Notes under the pieces: generated by a model
The model's input: the letters and a program-made list of their open reading frames with translations, nothing else
Databases searched by the model: none
Told to the model about the DNA's origin: nothing
Part shown: positions 10,191-24,405 of the stretch, one piece after another
Position numbering within the stretch: the stretch's first letter is position 1
Layout of the letters: each line of letters starts with the position of its first letter
Made by a program: the position numbers and the translations under genes
Origin: Candidatus Omnitrophota bacterium
GTDB lineage: Bacteria > Omnitrophota > Gorgyraeia > Pluralincolimonadales > Pluralincolimonadaceae
Length of the DNA stretch: 64,000 nucleotides
Direction of reading: 5' to 3'
Assembly (NCBI GenBank): GCA_028716565.1
Contig: JAQUPL010000002.1
Coordinates: forward strand, 194,989 to 258,988

Positions 10191-11091
10191 GGCGACAGAC
10201 AGGTACGGGCCTTTTTCCGGCCATTCGATAAAAGTGGACGGTTCGCTTGCCGACTGGGTAGGCATCGCCCCGTCCAGTCCTAATACCGGCGCGATAAGCG
10301 GCGGAGAGTTCATATGGAGGGACGCCTCCGGAGACGATACCGGGAACGGTAATTATACATATCCAATGAACGCCGCTTTCGCGAGGGCCGCTGACTTAGA
10401 AGAGTTCAGGGTCACGTGGGACAACAAAAACGTTTATTTTTTGATCAAGACGGCCATGCCGGGCGAATGGTGGGCTCCTTACCGCGTCATAGCCATAGAT
10501 ACGGATGGCGCTGGCGGAGGAGGGAAAGGAATGCGGGTTATACAGCAGGGCTATATTAATGCCGAGGCCGCGGATTCCGGCACGTTTGGGGAATTAAAGG
10601 TTTCCGATGCGCTTGCGGCGAATTACGTAATAGCCATAGCCGGCACATACAAGGGGCGCATCTGGGACGAGAAGGGTAACCTTGTCGCAAAGGCCGCCGG
10701 TGAAAGCACGGATACCCGCGGTTTCAAGATAAAGGATTCCAACGCTTGCGCTATTGAGATCCAGGTGCCGCAAAAGATAATCGGGAATCCTGCCGGGAAG
10801 ATATGGAGATTTATCGTGGCCTGCGGCCTCGAAGACAAAGAGCATGCCAGGGAGGTCTATAAGGTTGCTGAGGAATGGCATGGCGGCGGAGGGGAATCCA
10901 CGACAGCCGAAGACGGTGTAGACCCGGATTTTTATGACCTGGCCGGCCTCGGCCGGAACACGCAGGAGACGGAGCTTTCGAGTTACGGTTCCAACAAGCC
11001 GGCAGGGGACACCTCGGGTTTCGCGGAGATAAAAAGGTCTTATTTACAGGTAAAGTTCGCGCCGTATCCGAACGCGAAGAGCCTGAAATAA
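10126..11091 (+). CDS. Secreted conserved-domain protein (paralog 3)
   Basis: Start chosen at the ATG at 10126 (MARKPVFYLVF...), preceded by the RBS AGGAGGGG; the track ORF begins further upstream at 10078. Signal peptide present; same domain as the other paralogs but more divergent. Confidence 0.7.
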   Translation: MARKPVFYLVFASFFLLCSPAEATDRYGPFSGHSIKVDGSLADWVGIAPSSPNTGAISGGEFIWRDASGDDTGNGNYTYPMNAAFARAADLEEFRVTWDNKNVYFLIKTAMPGEWWAPYRVIAIDTDGAGGGGKGMRVIQQGYINAEAADSGTFGELKVSDALAANYVIAIAGTYKGRIWDEKGNLVAKAAGESTDTRGFKIKDSNACAIEIQVPQKIIGNPAGKIWRFIVACGLEDKEHAREVYKVAEEWHGGGGESTTAEDGVDPDFYDLAGLGRNTQETELSSYGSNKPAGDTSGFAEIKRSYLQVKFAPYPNAKSLK

Positions 11092-11103
11092 CCGCCGGTT
11101 TTT

Positions 11104-11130
11104 CCCCCCTTGAGGGGGAGAATTTTTTAC
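11104..11130 (+). terminator. Rho-independent terminator after the paralog array
   Basis: CCCCC-TTGA-GGGGG hairpin (11105..11118) followed by AGAATTTTTT. Confidence 0.5.
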
Positions 11131-11138
11131 GGTATTAT

Positions 11139-11154
11139 ATGTTATCGGTAACAT
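11139..11154. promoter_or_regulatory. Second copy of the LacI-type operator palindrome ATGTTATCGGTAACAT, 4 nt upstream of the lacI-2 start codon
   Basis: 15 of 16 positions are identical to the palindrome at 2522..2537. It overlaps the RBS/start region of the downstream LacI gene, which suggests autoregulation. A TATTAT -10-like hexamer lies at 11133..11138. Confidence 0.45.
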
Positions 11155-11157
11155 AAG

Positions 11158-12183
11158 ATGAAGAAAGTCACCTTTAAGGAGATCTCCAGGATAGTCGGCG
11201 TGTCCCCGATGCACGTGTCGAGGGCCCTCGCAGGGCACCCTTACGTAAAGGAGGAACTGCGCCGCGAGATATCCAAAGTAGCCAAGAAGCTCAACTACAG
11301 CATCAATCCCTTCGGCCGCGGCCTGTCCAAGAATATCCAGATGAAAGCCCGGATGATATGCGTCCTGACCAAATACGGGAACTTCTTCCGGACCGAGTAT
11401 TTCGTCAACCTGATAGACGCAATCAGCAGCAATTGCAGGGCGAAGGGATACGACGTGATAATAGCGAGCCTCACGGACGATGAAAGCGGCAACATAAAGA
11501 GGCTCAAGAACCTGGTCAGTTATTATAAGGCGGGCATAATAGAGGGGTTCGTCTTCATCGCGCCGGACCTCGACGCCGCGGAAGGTTTTTTCCTGCGCGC
11601 GGAAAAGGTCAATTTTGTCTGCGCCGGCAGCAGGATAGATGCAGCTACGAAATATGTCGACGTCGATAATTTCAGGGCGGGCTCCGAGGTCGGCGGCTAT
11701 CTTATCCGCCTGGGCCACAGGAGGATAGCTTTTGTGAAAGGCCTCGAGAAGAGGCGCGATAGCCGGGAGAGGCAGCAGGGTTTCTTGAATGCCCTGACGG
11801 CAAGCAGGATCGCGCCGGACGAGAGCCTATTCATTGCCGGCGATTACAGTATTCCCGGCGGGAAGAAGGCGACGGCGGAATTGTTTTCGCGCAAGAAGAA
11901 GCCGGACGCGATATTTTATGCTAACGACCTTATGGCCTACGGCGGCCTCGAATTTTTCAAGGAAAAAAAGATAAGGGTACCGCGCGAGATCTCTATCGTG
12001 GGTTTTGACGACCTCGCTGCGTCGTCCCGGACCGAGCCCCCGCTTACGACCGCGAGGCAACCTTATAAAGAGATGGGAGAGGCGGTCATGGAGGCTGTAT
12101 CCCGCCCGGAATTCGCTTCAAGGATGATAACAGCGAAATTAATAATAAGGAAGAGCTGCGACAACCCAAGGAGAAGAGGATGA
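11158..12183 (+). CDS. LacI family transcriptional regulator (second copy)
   Basis: HTH (VTFKEISRIVGVSPMHVSRAL) plus a PBP-like sugar-binding domain; 341 aa. Confidence 0.85.
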   Translation: MKKVTFKEISRIVGVSPMHVSRALAGHPYVKEELRREISKVAKKLNYSINPFGRGLSKNIQMKARMICVLTKYGNFFRTEYFVNLIDAISSNCRAKGYDVIIASLTDDESGNIKRLKNLVSYYKAGIIEGFVFIAPDLDAAEGFFLRAEKVNFVCAGSRIDAATKYVDVDNFRAGSEVGGYLIRLGHRRIAFVKGLEKRRDSRERQQGFLNALTASRIAPDESLFIAGDYSIPGGKKATAELFSRKKKPDAIFYANDLMAYGGLEFFKEKKIRVPREISIVGFDDLAASSRTEPPLTTARQPYKEMGEAVMEAVSRPEFASRMITAKLIIRKSCDNPRRRG

Positions 12184-15100
12184 GGACTACCGCGGAATAC
12201 AGGATCGGTAACGACAACGAATTCATAATTGAAAATTACAACTATTCCAAGGCCTTTTCGAGTTTCCTGCCCGGCATAGCCGGCGTCGACGGCATCCCGA
12301 TGTGGGTCTTTTACGTGAACAGGAACCAGGCGGTATGCAGCCTCGGCATAGAGAGCAAGGACCGCGCGATGATGGAGTTCCTGCCCGCGAATTTCGCCTA
12401 CCAGCTGGTCGGGACGCAGGGCTTCAGGACCTTTATCAAGATAACGGGCAAAAACGGTTTTACGCTGTATGAGCCGTTCAGGGTATACGAGAAAGAAGAG
12501 GGGTATATCCCGTCCCAGGTGATGACTATTACCCCTTATTCCGTGACGCTAAGGGAGGTCCACGAAAAGCTGGGCATGAGCGTCGAGGTCAGGTATTGCA
12601 ACGTCGTCCAGGAGCCGTTCCCCGGCCTTATAAGGCAGGTGGAGATAAAGAATATCTCCAAGAGGGCCGTGAAGATCGAGCTCCTCGACGGGATGCCGCA
12701 GGTGATACCCTTCGGGATGGACGATTCCAGCCTGAAGAAGATGAAATACCTCGTCAAATCCTTCAGTTACGCGGAAAACCTCGAAAAAAAGATACCTTAT
12801 TTCCACATCAGGACGACCCATGAGGACGGCCCTGAGGTGGCCATGGTAAAGAGAGGCCATTATTACGCGTGCGTCAGGGTGGATGGAGGCAATGCTGAGT
12901 TGAAACGGCCCCTTATAGATGCCTCGCAGATCTTCGGGATGAGGAAGGACCTGATCCTCCCCTCGTGCTTTAACGTGAGGTCGAAATTCATTTATGATAC
13001 TAAGGGCGAACTGACCAGCGGGGAGTTCTCTTCGGCCATGTGCCATGATGATGCGGCCCTCAAGCCTTCGGAGGCGCTCACTTTATACTGCGTCTGCGGC
13101 ACCTTGGATTCCGTCGGCGGCACGAAAGAGGTGGCGCGCGCCCTCACCGCGGATTTCGCGGAGACGCAGCTCAAGAAGAACCGGGCCGTCATTGAATCGA
13201 TAATGGGCTCTTCCCTGGTCATAAGCGAAGACGAGAAGTTTGACAGGTATTCCGCCCAAAATTTTCTCGACAACGTGCTGCGCGGAGGCTTTCCCCTGAC
13301 GGTAACGAAAGACAGAAGCAAAGTCTTCTATGTCTATTCCAGGAAGCACGGCGACCTGGAGAGGGATTATAACCAATTCTACACTTCCCCGACCCTCTAT
13401 TCCCAGGGCGATTCCAATTACAGGGACGTCAACCAGAACAGGCGAAACGACACGTTCTTCAATCCCGACGTCGGGATGTCCAACATTATCAACTTCATAA
13501 ACTTCATACAGATGGACGGGTTCAATCCGCAAGGCGTGGACGGAGTGACATTCATATATAAGGGAGACAAAAAACTTCTCATAAGCCTTTTCGGAGCCGG
13601 CGCCGAAAAGATGGAGGAGTTTTTCAGGAAGCCTTTCGCCCCGGGCGACATCTTCAAGTTCGCCGGATCCAATTCTATCAAGGCCGCCGTATCGAACGGG
13701 GAGATGCTCTCGAAGATACTCGAGCGCTCGGACGCCGGGCAGAATTCGCGGCATATCGACGGTTTCTGGAGCGACCACTGGTCCTATAATATGGACCTCA
13801 TCGACAGTTTCCTGGCCGTCTATCCGGACAGGAGGAAAGAATTATTCTCAGGGCGCAGGGATTTCACGTTCCACGACAGCCCTTACGTCGTCCTGCCGAG
13901 GCAGGATAAATACGTCTTGTGGGACGGAAAACCGGTCCAGCTGGGCGCGGTAAAGGTCGACGAGGAGAAGAGGAAGATGATCGCCGGCAGGAGATCGGAG
14001 AAGACGCTCGTCCGCAAAGTTAACGGCAAAGGAGACGTCTACAGGACCGACCTCATCACGAAACTCCTGATAATCGCGGTCAATAAGATAAATTCCATCG
14101 GGCCGGACGGCTGCGGAATCGAGATGGAGACGGATAAGCCGAACTGGTGCGATGCGCTTAACGGACTTCCGGGGCTCTTCGGGTCGTCCTCGAACGAGAC
14201 CTTTGAACTGAAGAGGCTGATAACCATGATCTCGAAGAACCTTGGCGGTAAGGCCCTCGAGCTTCCCGAGGAAGCCGTCGAGGCGATCAGGGATTCGAAA
14301 GACGCGCTAAACGGTTATATCGGCGGGAAACTGGACGATTTCGGCGTATGGGACAAACTGGCCGCGATAAAAGAAGATTTCAGGAGAAAGACGAGATGCG
14401 GGATAATCGGCAGGCTCATCCCGGTCCCGGCAGACGAAATATCCGGCTACCTTGCGCTCGCGGCAAAGAGGGTCCAGGCGGCCATAAACAAAAGTTTTGA
14501 CGAGAAGACCGGCCTTTATTTTGGGTATTTTATAAATATCCCGGCTGAATACGAACAGATCGCGGTCACCGACAGCACCGGCAGGGAGGTCCCGAAGGCC
14601 AACCATAAGGGCCTGCCGTGCATCAGGGTGATGAAATTCAACTCCAGGCCGCTGCCGTTATTCCTGGAGGCGCAGGTCCACGCGCTGAAGGTGGAAGAGG
14701 ACAGATCTGTCGCCGCGAGGCTGCACTATAACCTCATGAAGAGCGGTCTGGTCGACAAAAAATTGAAGATGTTCTCGGTCAATGCCTCGCTTGAAAAGGA
14801 GCCGTATGAGATAGGCAGGACCAAGACGTTCAATCCGGGCTGGCTCGAGAACCAGTCGATCTGGCTTCACATGGAATATAAATACTTACTCGAGTTATTG
14901 AAGGCCGGGCTTTACAAAGATTATTACGCGAATCTCAAGGACGTCCTCGTGCCGTTCCTGAGGCCCGAGGTCTACGGAAGGAGCATCTTCGAGAACTCGT
15001 CTTTCATCGCGGGCAGCGTCCATCCGGACAAGAAAGTCCACGGCCAGGGGTTTTACGCGAGGCTCTCCGGCTCGACCGCCGAATTCGTCCATATGTGGCT

Positions 15101-15470
15101 TATGATGATGACCGGAGGAAGGCCTTTCGCGCTTGACGCAAACGGCAAGCTGGTCTTCAGCTTATCCCCGGTCCTTAAGGGCGGCATGTTCCTGAAAAAA
15201 GACCGCAAAGCGGAGTATTATTCTCCCGAAGGAAAACTGCAGAAAGAGACCGTCAAGAAAGGCACATTGAAATTCATGCTGCTTGGCAGCATAGCCGTGA
15301 CTTATATCAATCCCCGGAGGAAGGATATTTTCGGGGGCGGCAAAGGGGCTAAGTACGCGCTGACGCTCGAGGACGGCGCGGTGAAGGAATTCATCGGCAG
15401 CGTCCCGGAACCGTATTCGGCCCTTGTGAGGGAAAGAAAAATAAAAGAGATAAAGATGTATCTTGATTAA
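12180..15470 (+). CDS. Large (1096 aa) putative glycoside hydrolase/phosphorylase of the (alpha/alpha)6-barrel type, GH94-like
   Basis: Cytoplasmic, with no signal peptide. The motif KPNWCDALNGL resembles the GH94 catalytic ADWNDCLN segment. The gene is embedded between a LacI regulator and a GH35 enzyme. The family assignment is tentative. Confidence 0.4.
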   Translation: MRTTAEYRIGNDNEFIIENYNYSKAFSSFLPGIAGVDGIPMWVFYVNRNQAVCSLGIESKDRAMMEFLPANFAYQLVGTQGFRTFIKITGKNGFTLYEPFRVYEKEEGYIPSQVMTITPYSVTLREVHEKLGMSVEVRYCNVVQEPFPGLIRQVEIKNISKRAVKIELLDGMPQVIPFGMDDSSLKKMKYLVKSFSYAENLEKKIPYFHIRTTHEDGPEVAMVKRGHYYACVRVDGGNAELKRPLIDASQIFGMRKDLILPSCFNVRSKFIYDTKGELTSGEFSSAMCHDDAALKPSEALTLYCVCGTLDSVGGTKEVARALTADFAETQLKKNRAVIESIMGSSLVISEDEKFDRYSAQNFLDNVLRGGFPLTVTKDRSKVFYVYSRKHGDLERDYNQFYTSPTLYSQGDSNYRDVNQNRRNDTFFNPDVGMSNIINFINFIQMDGFNPQGVDGVTFIYKGDKKLLISLFGAGAEKMEEFFRKPFAPGDIFKFAGSNSIKAAVSNGEMLSKILERSDAGQNSRHIDGFWSDHWSYNMDLIDSFLAVYPDRRKELFSGRRDFTFHDSPYVVLPRQDKYVLWDGKPVQLGAVKVDEEKRKMIAGRRSEKTLVRKVNGKGDVYRTDLITKLLIIAVNKINSIGPDGCGIEMETDKPNWCDALNGLPGLFGSSSNETFELKRLITMISKNLGGKALELPEEAVEAIRDSKDALNGYIGGKLDDFGVWDKLAAIKEDFRRKTRCGIIGRLIPVPADEISGYLALAAKRVQAAINKSFDEKTGLYFGYFINIPAEYEQIAVTDSTGREVPKANHKGLPCIRVMKFNSRPLPLFLEAQVHALKVEEDRSVAARLHYNLMKSGLVDKKLKMFSVNASLEKEPYEIGRTKTFNPGWLENQSIWLHMEYKYLLELLKAGLYKDYYANLKDVLVPFLRPEVYGRSIFENSSFIAGSVHPDKKVHGQGFYARLSGSTAEFVHMWLMMMTGGRPFALDANGKLVFSLSPVLKGGMFLKKDRKAEYYSPEGKLQKETVKKGTLKFMLLGSIAVTYINPRRKDIFGGGKGAKYALTLEDGAVKEFIGSVPEPYSALVRERKIKEIKMYLD

Positions 15471-15483
15471 ACAGGAGGTTTCG

Positions 15484-18258
15484 GTGGAGGAGAAGGTGAT
15501 CTCTTTCGACAAAAAGAGCATGATCATTAACGGGAAACGCGTCATGCTCTACGGGGGGGAATTCCATTACTTCCGCGTGCCGCACGAACTTTGGGAGGAC
15601 AGGCTCCGTAAGATGAAGGCGGCGGGGCTCAACCTGGTCGCTACGTATATACCCTGGAATTTCCATGAGATGAAGGAGGGTGAGTTCATCTGGGAAGGCG
15701 ACCGCGACCTCGATAAGTTCGTGACGCTGACGGAAAAATACGGGTTTTATCTTGCGATAAAGCCGGGGCCGTATATCTGCGCGGAATGGGATTTCGGCGG
15801 GTTCCCTGACTGGCTCCTCGGAAAGGACGTAAAACTGCGCGAGGACGACCCGGAGTACCTCAGGCTTATCGGCAGGTATTATAAGGAGATCGCCGGGATC
15901 CTGCGGCCGCACCTGGTCACAAAAGGCGGCAATATAATCCTATTCCAGATAGAGAACGAATATGACCACCTGATCGCGTTCACCGGCATAAAGAGATACA
16001 AGGACGGCGCCCTTCGATACCACCTCAAGCTTTTAAAGATGGCGCGCGAGGCGGGCATAGACGTGCCGGCGTTCACGGTGGAGGGGAGTTTCCTGAGGAA
16101 GAGCGAGATAATCGACGCGAGGACCTATTACCCGAACATCCCGTGGATATGGCTATGGGAGTTCGATGATTTCGATAAGGCGATCGAGGCGTCGGTCGCC
16201 CAGCAACCGAAGAAGCCGCTGATGATAATGGAACTCGAGACAGGCTGGTTCGCGCAGTTCGGGAAGCCGCTGTACCAGATAGAGCCGGAGGTCACGAGGG
16301 CCATATTAAGGACGGTCATCGCCGAGGGCGCATCCGTCATGAGCCATTTCCTGTTCGTCGGCGGCACGACGTTCCCTTACTGGAACTGCAAGGGCGACTA
16401 CGGCGGGATAGGCACCTGCACGACATATGATTTCGGCCATTCGCCGCTCAGGGAATGGGGAGAGGTCTCGCCGACGAAATACCACATGGCCCGCAACACC
16501 GCGCAGTTCCTCGATTCATTCGAGGACGTGCTCTTCGGTTCCGAAAAGATAGAGGGCGCGGCGAAGTTTATTGACAGCGGGAATACCGTGGCGCTCGTGG
16601 ACCGGAGAAAGGGCGCGGCCAAACCCGACTTCTCCGGGACTTTCGAGAACGTCAAGGTCACCGAGAGGGCGGGAAAGAAAGGCGGGTTCCTGATGGTCCG
16701 CAACCTCACTGACGATACGCTCAGGACACAGATCGAATATCTTTCTCCGGCCGGGAAGAAAAATAAAAAGCTGCCCTCTTCCGGAGACCTTAAGCTCGCT
16801 CCCAGGTCCTCGTTCCTTTTCCCCATTGATGTCCCTATCGGCGATAAAGGGGTGGTCATCAAACACTCCACCTGCGAACTCCTTTTGAAGAAAGAGATAG
16901 GGGAGAACGCGTTTGTCTTCCTCACCGGGAGACCCGAATTGAGGGGCGAGACCTATATCAAGTGCGGTCCCGTAAAGCCCGCCGTCATCGAAGGCGATTT
17001 CGATGTGAAAAGGGTAAAGGACGGCTATATCATCGGGAACGAGAACTCGGGGCTCCGGATAATAAAAATAGAAGGGATATTCCTCGTTTTTCTCGACGAC
17101 AAGACGGCCGCTAAAATATGGGACGGCGAAGAGACTGTCGCGATAAGCGATTACTACTACATCGAGGACCTTATCGCCGACGGGCGGTCGATCGAGATAA
17201 ACGCGCAGGTCAAGAACGGATGCAACCAACTTACAAGGATATTTACCGCGGTCAGGCCTAGATCCGTAACTATCAACAAGGAAAAGGCGCCTTTTAAATA
17301 TGACAAAAAGACCGGGTCGGTGATCTTCAAATACGATTGCGCGGTGGAGGAGCTTCCGAGGATAACATGGCTCGACTCCCCGCGGTTCATCTCCGACCTC
17401 GACGAGAAAGAGCCCGGTTTCGACGACTCGTCGTGGAAGACGATAACCATGCCTAAAGCGCTTGAGCAGGCCGGACTGCTCAAGCATGGTTTCATCTGGT
17501 ACAGGCAGGAATTCGGGCTTAAAGGGAGGCCGTCGGAATGCCTGGTAAAGATAATAACCAACGATATGGACAGGTTCTATGTCTATGTCAACGGAGAATT
17601 CATCTGGCGGGGGATAGGCAGTCCCTGCCTTGATATTACCGGGGCGGCCAGGAAAGGGAAGAACCTCCTCGCGGTCAGGTATGAGAACGCCTACCATACC
17701 AAGGCGCATCCCCACGAAGGGCCGATAAAAAAACTCAGCGGCATAATGCAGCCGGTAAGGATCCGAGGAAGGGCGCAGGGAAAGTCCTTCAACATTGTCA
17801 TTAATAAATTGCTGGTCCGCGAGAATGCGGGCGGCCTCTTGAAGGGCTATCATGAACCTGAGATCGATGAAAACGGCTGGAAGATCTCGCCTTCCGCCAA
17901 GAAGTATGTATTCGCGAAGGAGATGGGAGAGCTTGTCTGGTACAGGAGGAGGTTCAAGTTCCTGCCGCGCAAGGGCGGCACCTGCGCGCTCAAGCTCACG
18001 ATAGACCACGCCTTCGAGAGGTGCGTCATATACCTGAACGGAAGGGCGCTAGGCAAATACGAGTCGGTCGGGCCGCAGAATGATTTTTATATCCCCGAGC
18101 CGTTCCTGCGCGCGGAGAATACTCTCGCTATCCTAGTCGAGGGGCCGGGCTTCCATCCCGTCAAAGGATCGGGGTTCGTCCCGCCGGTCCTTAAAGATCC
18201 CAGGATAGGTTTCTACTATGCGGCCAAAAAGGTGAGCGCGAGGGTATCGGCCTATTGA
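15484..18258 (+). CDS. GH35 beta-galactosidase with C-terminal beta-sandwich domains
   Basis: Canonical GH35 N-terminus: GGEFHYFRVP, WEDRLRKMKAAGLN, YIPWNFHE, GPYICAEWDFGGFP and QIENEY (acid/base). I chose the GTG start at 15484, 5 nt after the AGGAGG RBS; the track ORF begins at the TTG at 15463. Confidence 0.8.
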   Translation: MEEKVISFDKKSMIINGKRVMLYGGEFHYFRVPHELWEDRLRKMKAAGLNLVATYIPWNFHEMKEGEFIWEGDRDLDKFVTLTEKYGFYLAIKPGPYICAEWDFGGFPDWLLGKDVKLREDDPEYLRLIGRYYKEIAGILRPHLVTKGGNIILFQIENEYDHLIAFTGIKRYKDGALRYHLKLLKMAREAGIDVPAFTVEGSFLRKSEIIDARTYYPNIPWIWLWEFDDFDKAIEASVAQQPKKPLMIMELETGWFAQFGKPLYQIEPEVTRAILRTVIAEGASVMSHFLFVGGTTFPYWNCKGDYGGIGTCTTYDFGHSPLREWGEVSPTKYHMARNTAQFLDSFEDVLFGSEKIEGAAKFIDSGNTVALVDRRKGAAKPDFSGTFENVKVTERAGKKGGFLMVRNLTDDTLRTQIEYLSPAGKKNKKLPSSGDLKLAPRSSFLFPIDVPIGDKGVVIKHSTCELLLKKEIGENAFVFLTGRPELRGETYIKCGPVKPAVIEGDFDVKRVKDGYIIGNENSGLRIIKIEGIFLVFLDDKTAAKIWDGEETVAISDYYYIEDLIADGRSIEINAQVKNGCNQLTRIFTAVRPRSVTINKEKAPFKYDKKTGSVIFKYDCAVEELPRITWLDSPRFISDLDEKEPGFDDSSWKTITMPKALEQAGLLKHGFIWYRQEFGLKGRPSECLVKIITNDMDRFYVYVNGEFIWRGIGSPCLDITGAARKGKNLLAVRYENAYHTKAHPHEGPIKKLSGIMQPVRIRGRAQGKSFNIVINKLLVRENAGGLLKGYHEPEIDENGWKISPSAKKYVFAKEMGELVWYRRRFKFLPRKGGTCALKLTIDHAFERCVIYLNGRALGKYESVGPQNDFYIPEPFLRAENTLAILVEGPGFHPVKGSGFVPPVLKDPRIGFYYAAKKVSARVSAY

Positions 18259-18282
18259 CAAGAGTCAGGATTGTGCTATAAT
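18255..18282 (+). promoter_or_regulatory. Consensus sigma70 promoter TTGACA-N16-(TGc)TATAAT for gltBD
   Basis: TTGACA lies at 18255..18260 and overlaps the GH35 stop codon. TATAAT at 18277..18282 is preceded by a TGn extended -10 (TGC at 18274..18276). Confidence 0.5.
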
Positions 18283-18310
18283 TAAATGGAACCTAAAATG
18301 AATTAGGAAG

Positions 18311-18357
18311 AGACGAAGGCGTCTTTCATATAAATGAAAGGCGCCTTTTTCGTCTTC
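18311..18357 (+). other. Extended imperfect stem-loop in the gltB 5-prime leader (possible attenuator or terminator)
   Basis: AGACGAA-GGCG ... CGCC-TTTTTCGTCT arms enclose an inner CTTTCAT-ATAA-ATGAAAG hairpin, and a T-run follows the GC-rich part. It lies between the predicted TSS (~18289) and the gltB start. Confidence 0.4.
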
Positions 18358-18379
18358 TGTAGTACAACTGATTACGCAA

Positions 18380-22955
<4,576 letters not shown>

Positions 22956-22963
<8 letters not shown>

Positions 22964-24395
22964 TACAAAGAGGTTCATGAAGATAAAACGGGAGGCCTCG
23001 TCCTACCGCGCGGTATGCGACCGCGTAAAGGATTACAGGGAGGTGGCTGTCCTGCGCCCGGAGGAGAAGTCGAAGGACCAGAGCTCGCGCTGCATGGACT
23101 GCGGAGTGCCGTTCTGCCATTGGGGCTGCCCGATCGGGAACTATATACCGGAATGGAACGACCTCATCTTCCGCGGCCAGTGGAAAAAGGCCATTGATGT
23201 CCTTCTGGTGACGAACAACCTGCCCGAGGTGACGGGCAGGATCTGCCCGGCCCTGTGCGAATACGCATGCGTCCTCGGGATAAATGATGACCCTGTCACG
23301 ATACGCGAAGACGAGCTGGATATTATAGAATATGCTTTCAAAGAGGGATGGATCAGGCCGAACCCTCCGAAAAAACGCACCGGTAAAAAAGTCGCGGTCA
23401 TCGGCTCCGGCCCGTCAGGCCTTGCCTGCGCCGACCAGTTGAATAAAGCCGGGCACAAGGTCACGGTATTCGAAAGGGACGACAAGATAGGCGGCATATT
23501 GCGTTACGGTATCCCTGATTTCAAATTAGATAAATCCGTCCTCGACAGACGCATAAAGATATGGAAGAAAGAGGGGATAGAGTTTAAGGCGTCCGTTGAT
23601 GTAGGCGCGGATTATAAGGCGGCCAAATTGAATAAGGATTTCGACGCGGTCGTGCTTGCCGGTGGAAGCCGTTTTCCCCGCGATCTCAAGATACCCGGCC
23701 GAGAGCTGGGCGGAATACATTTCGCGATGGATTTTCTCGTCCAGTCGAATAAAAGGGTCTCCGGAATCAAGATACCTTCCGGAAAGCTCATCGACGCGAA
23801 GGGTAAAAAGGTTGTCGTGATCGGCGGCGGCGACACAGGCGCTGACTGCGTAGGCACCGCGCACAGGCAGGGCGCGTCATGCATCGTCCAGATAGAATTA
23901 TTGCCCCAGCCTCCGGAATGCCGCACAAAAGATTTCCCGTGGCCGAAATATCCGATGTTGTTAAAGACGACCTCCAGCCACCAGGAAGGAGGCGATCGCT
24001 ATTGGTCGGTCTCGACCAAGAAGTTTGAGGGCGCCGGCGGCAAGGTCAAGAAACTTTCCTGCGTGAAGGTCGAGATAGGCCGCGACGATAAGGGCTGCAT
24101 GCTGATAAAAGACGTCCCGGGAAGCGGATTCGAGATAGAGGCGGACTTGGTCGTCCTGGCTCTCGGTTTCATGCACCCCGAGAAAGAGCTCATCTCACAG
24201 CTCGGCGTCGAGCTCGACCCGCGCGGCAACGTCAAGACCGACGAACATTACCTCACATCCGTAAAAGACGTATTCGCGGCAGGCGATATGAGGAGGGGCC
24301 AGTCGCTCATCGTCTGGGCCATCTCCGAGGGCCGCCGCGCCGCCCACTCCATCGACAAATACCTCATGGGATCCACCCGCCTGCCGGCTATATAA
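22956..24395 (+). CDS. gltD: Glutamate synthase small subunit (NADPH)
   Basis: Fe-S cysteine clusters (CMDCGVPFCHWGCP, CPALCEYAC) and two dinucleotide-binding motifs (VAVIGSGPSGLACA, VVVIGGGDTGADC). Translationally coupled to gltB. Confidence 0.9.
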
Positions 24396-24405
24396 AAACA
24401 CTTTT

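Noticed and set aside
9174-11091. Possible programmed frameshift joining paralog 2 and paralog 3 (65-nt overlap)
   Set aside because: Paralog 3 has its own strong RBS (AGGAGGGG) and signal peptide, and paralog 2 already contains the complete conserved domain before the overlap. The overlap is therefore just a C-terminal extension.
16516-18009. 497-aa minus-strand ORF inside the GH35 gene
   Set aside because: Antisense to a gene with canonical GH35 motifs; no independent support.
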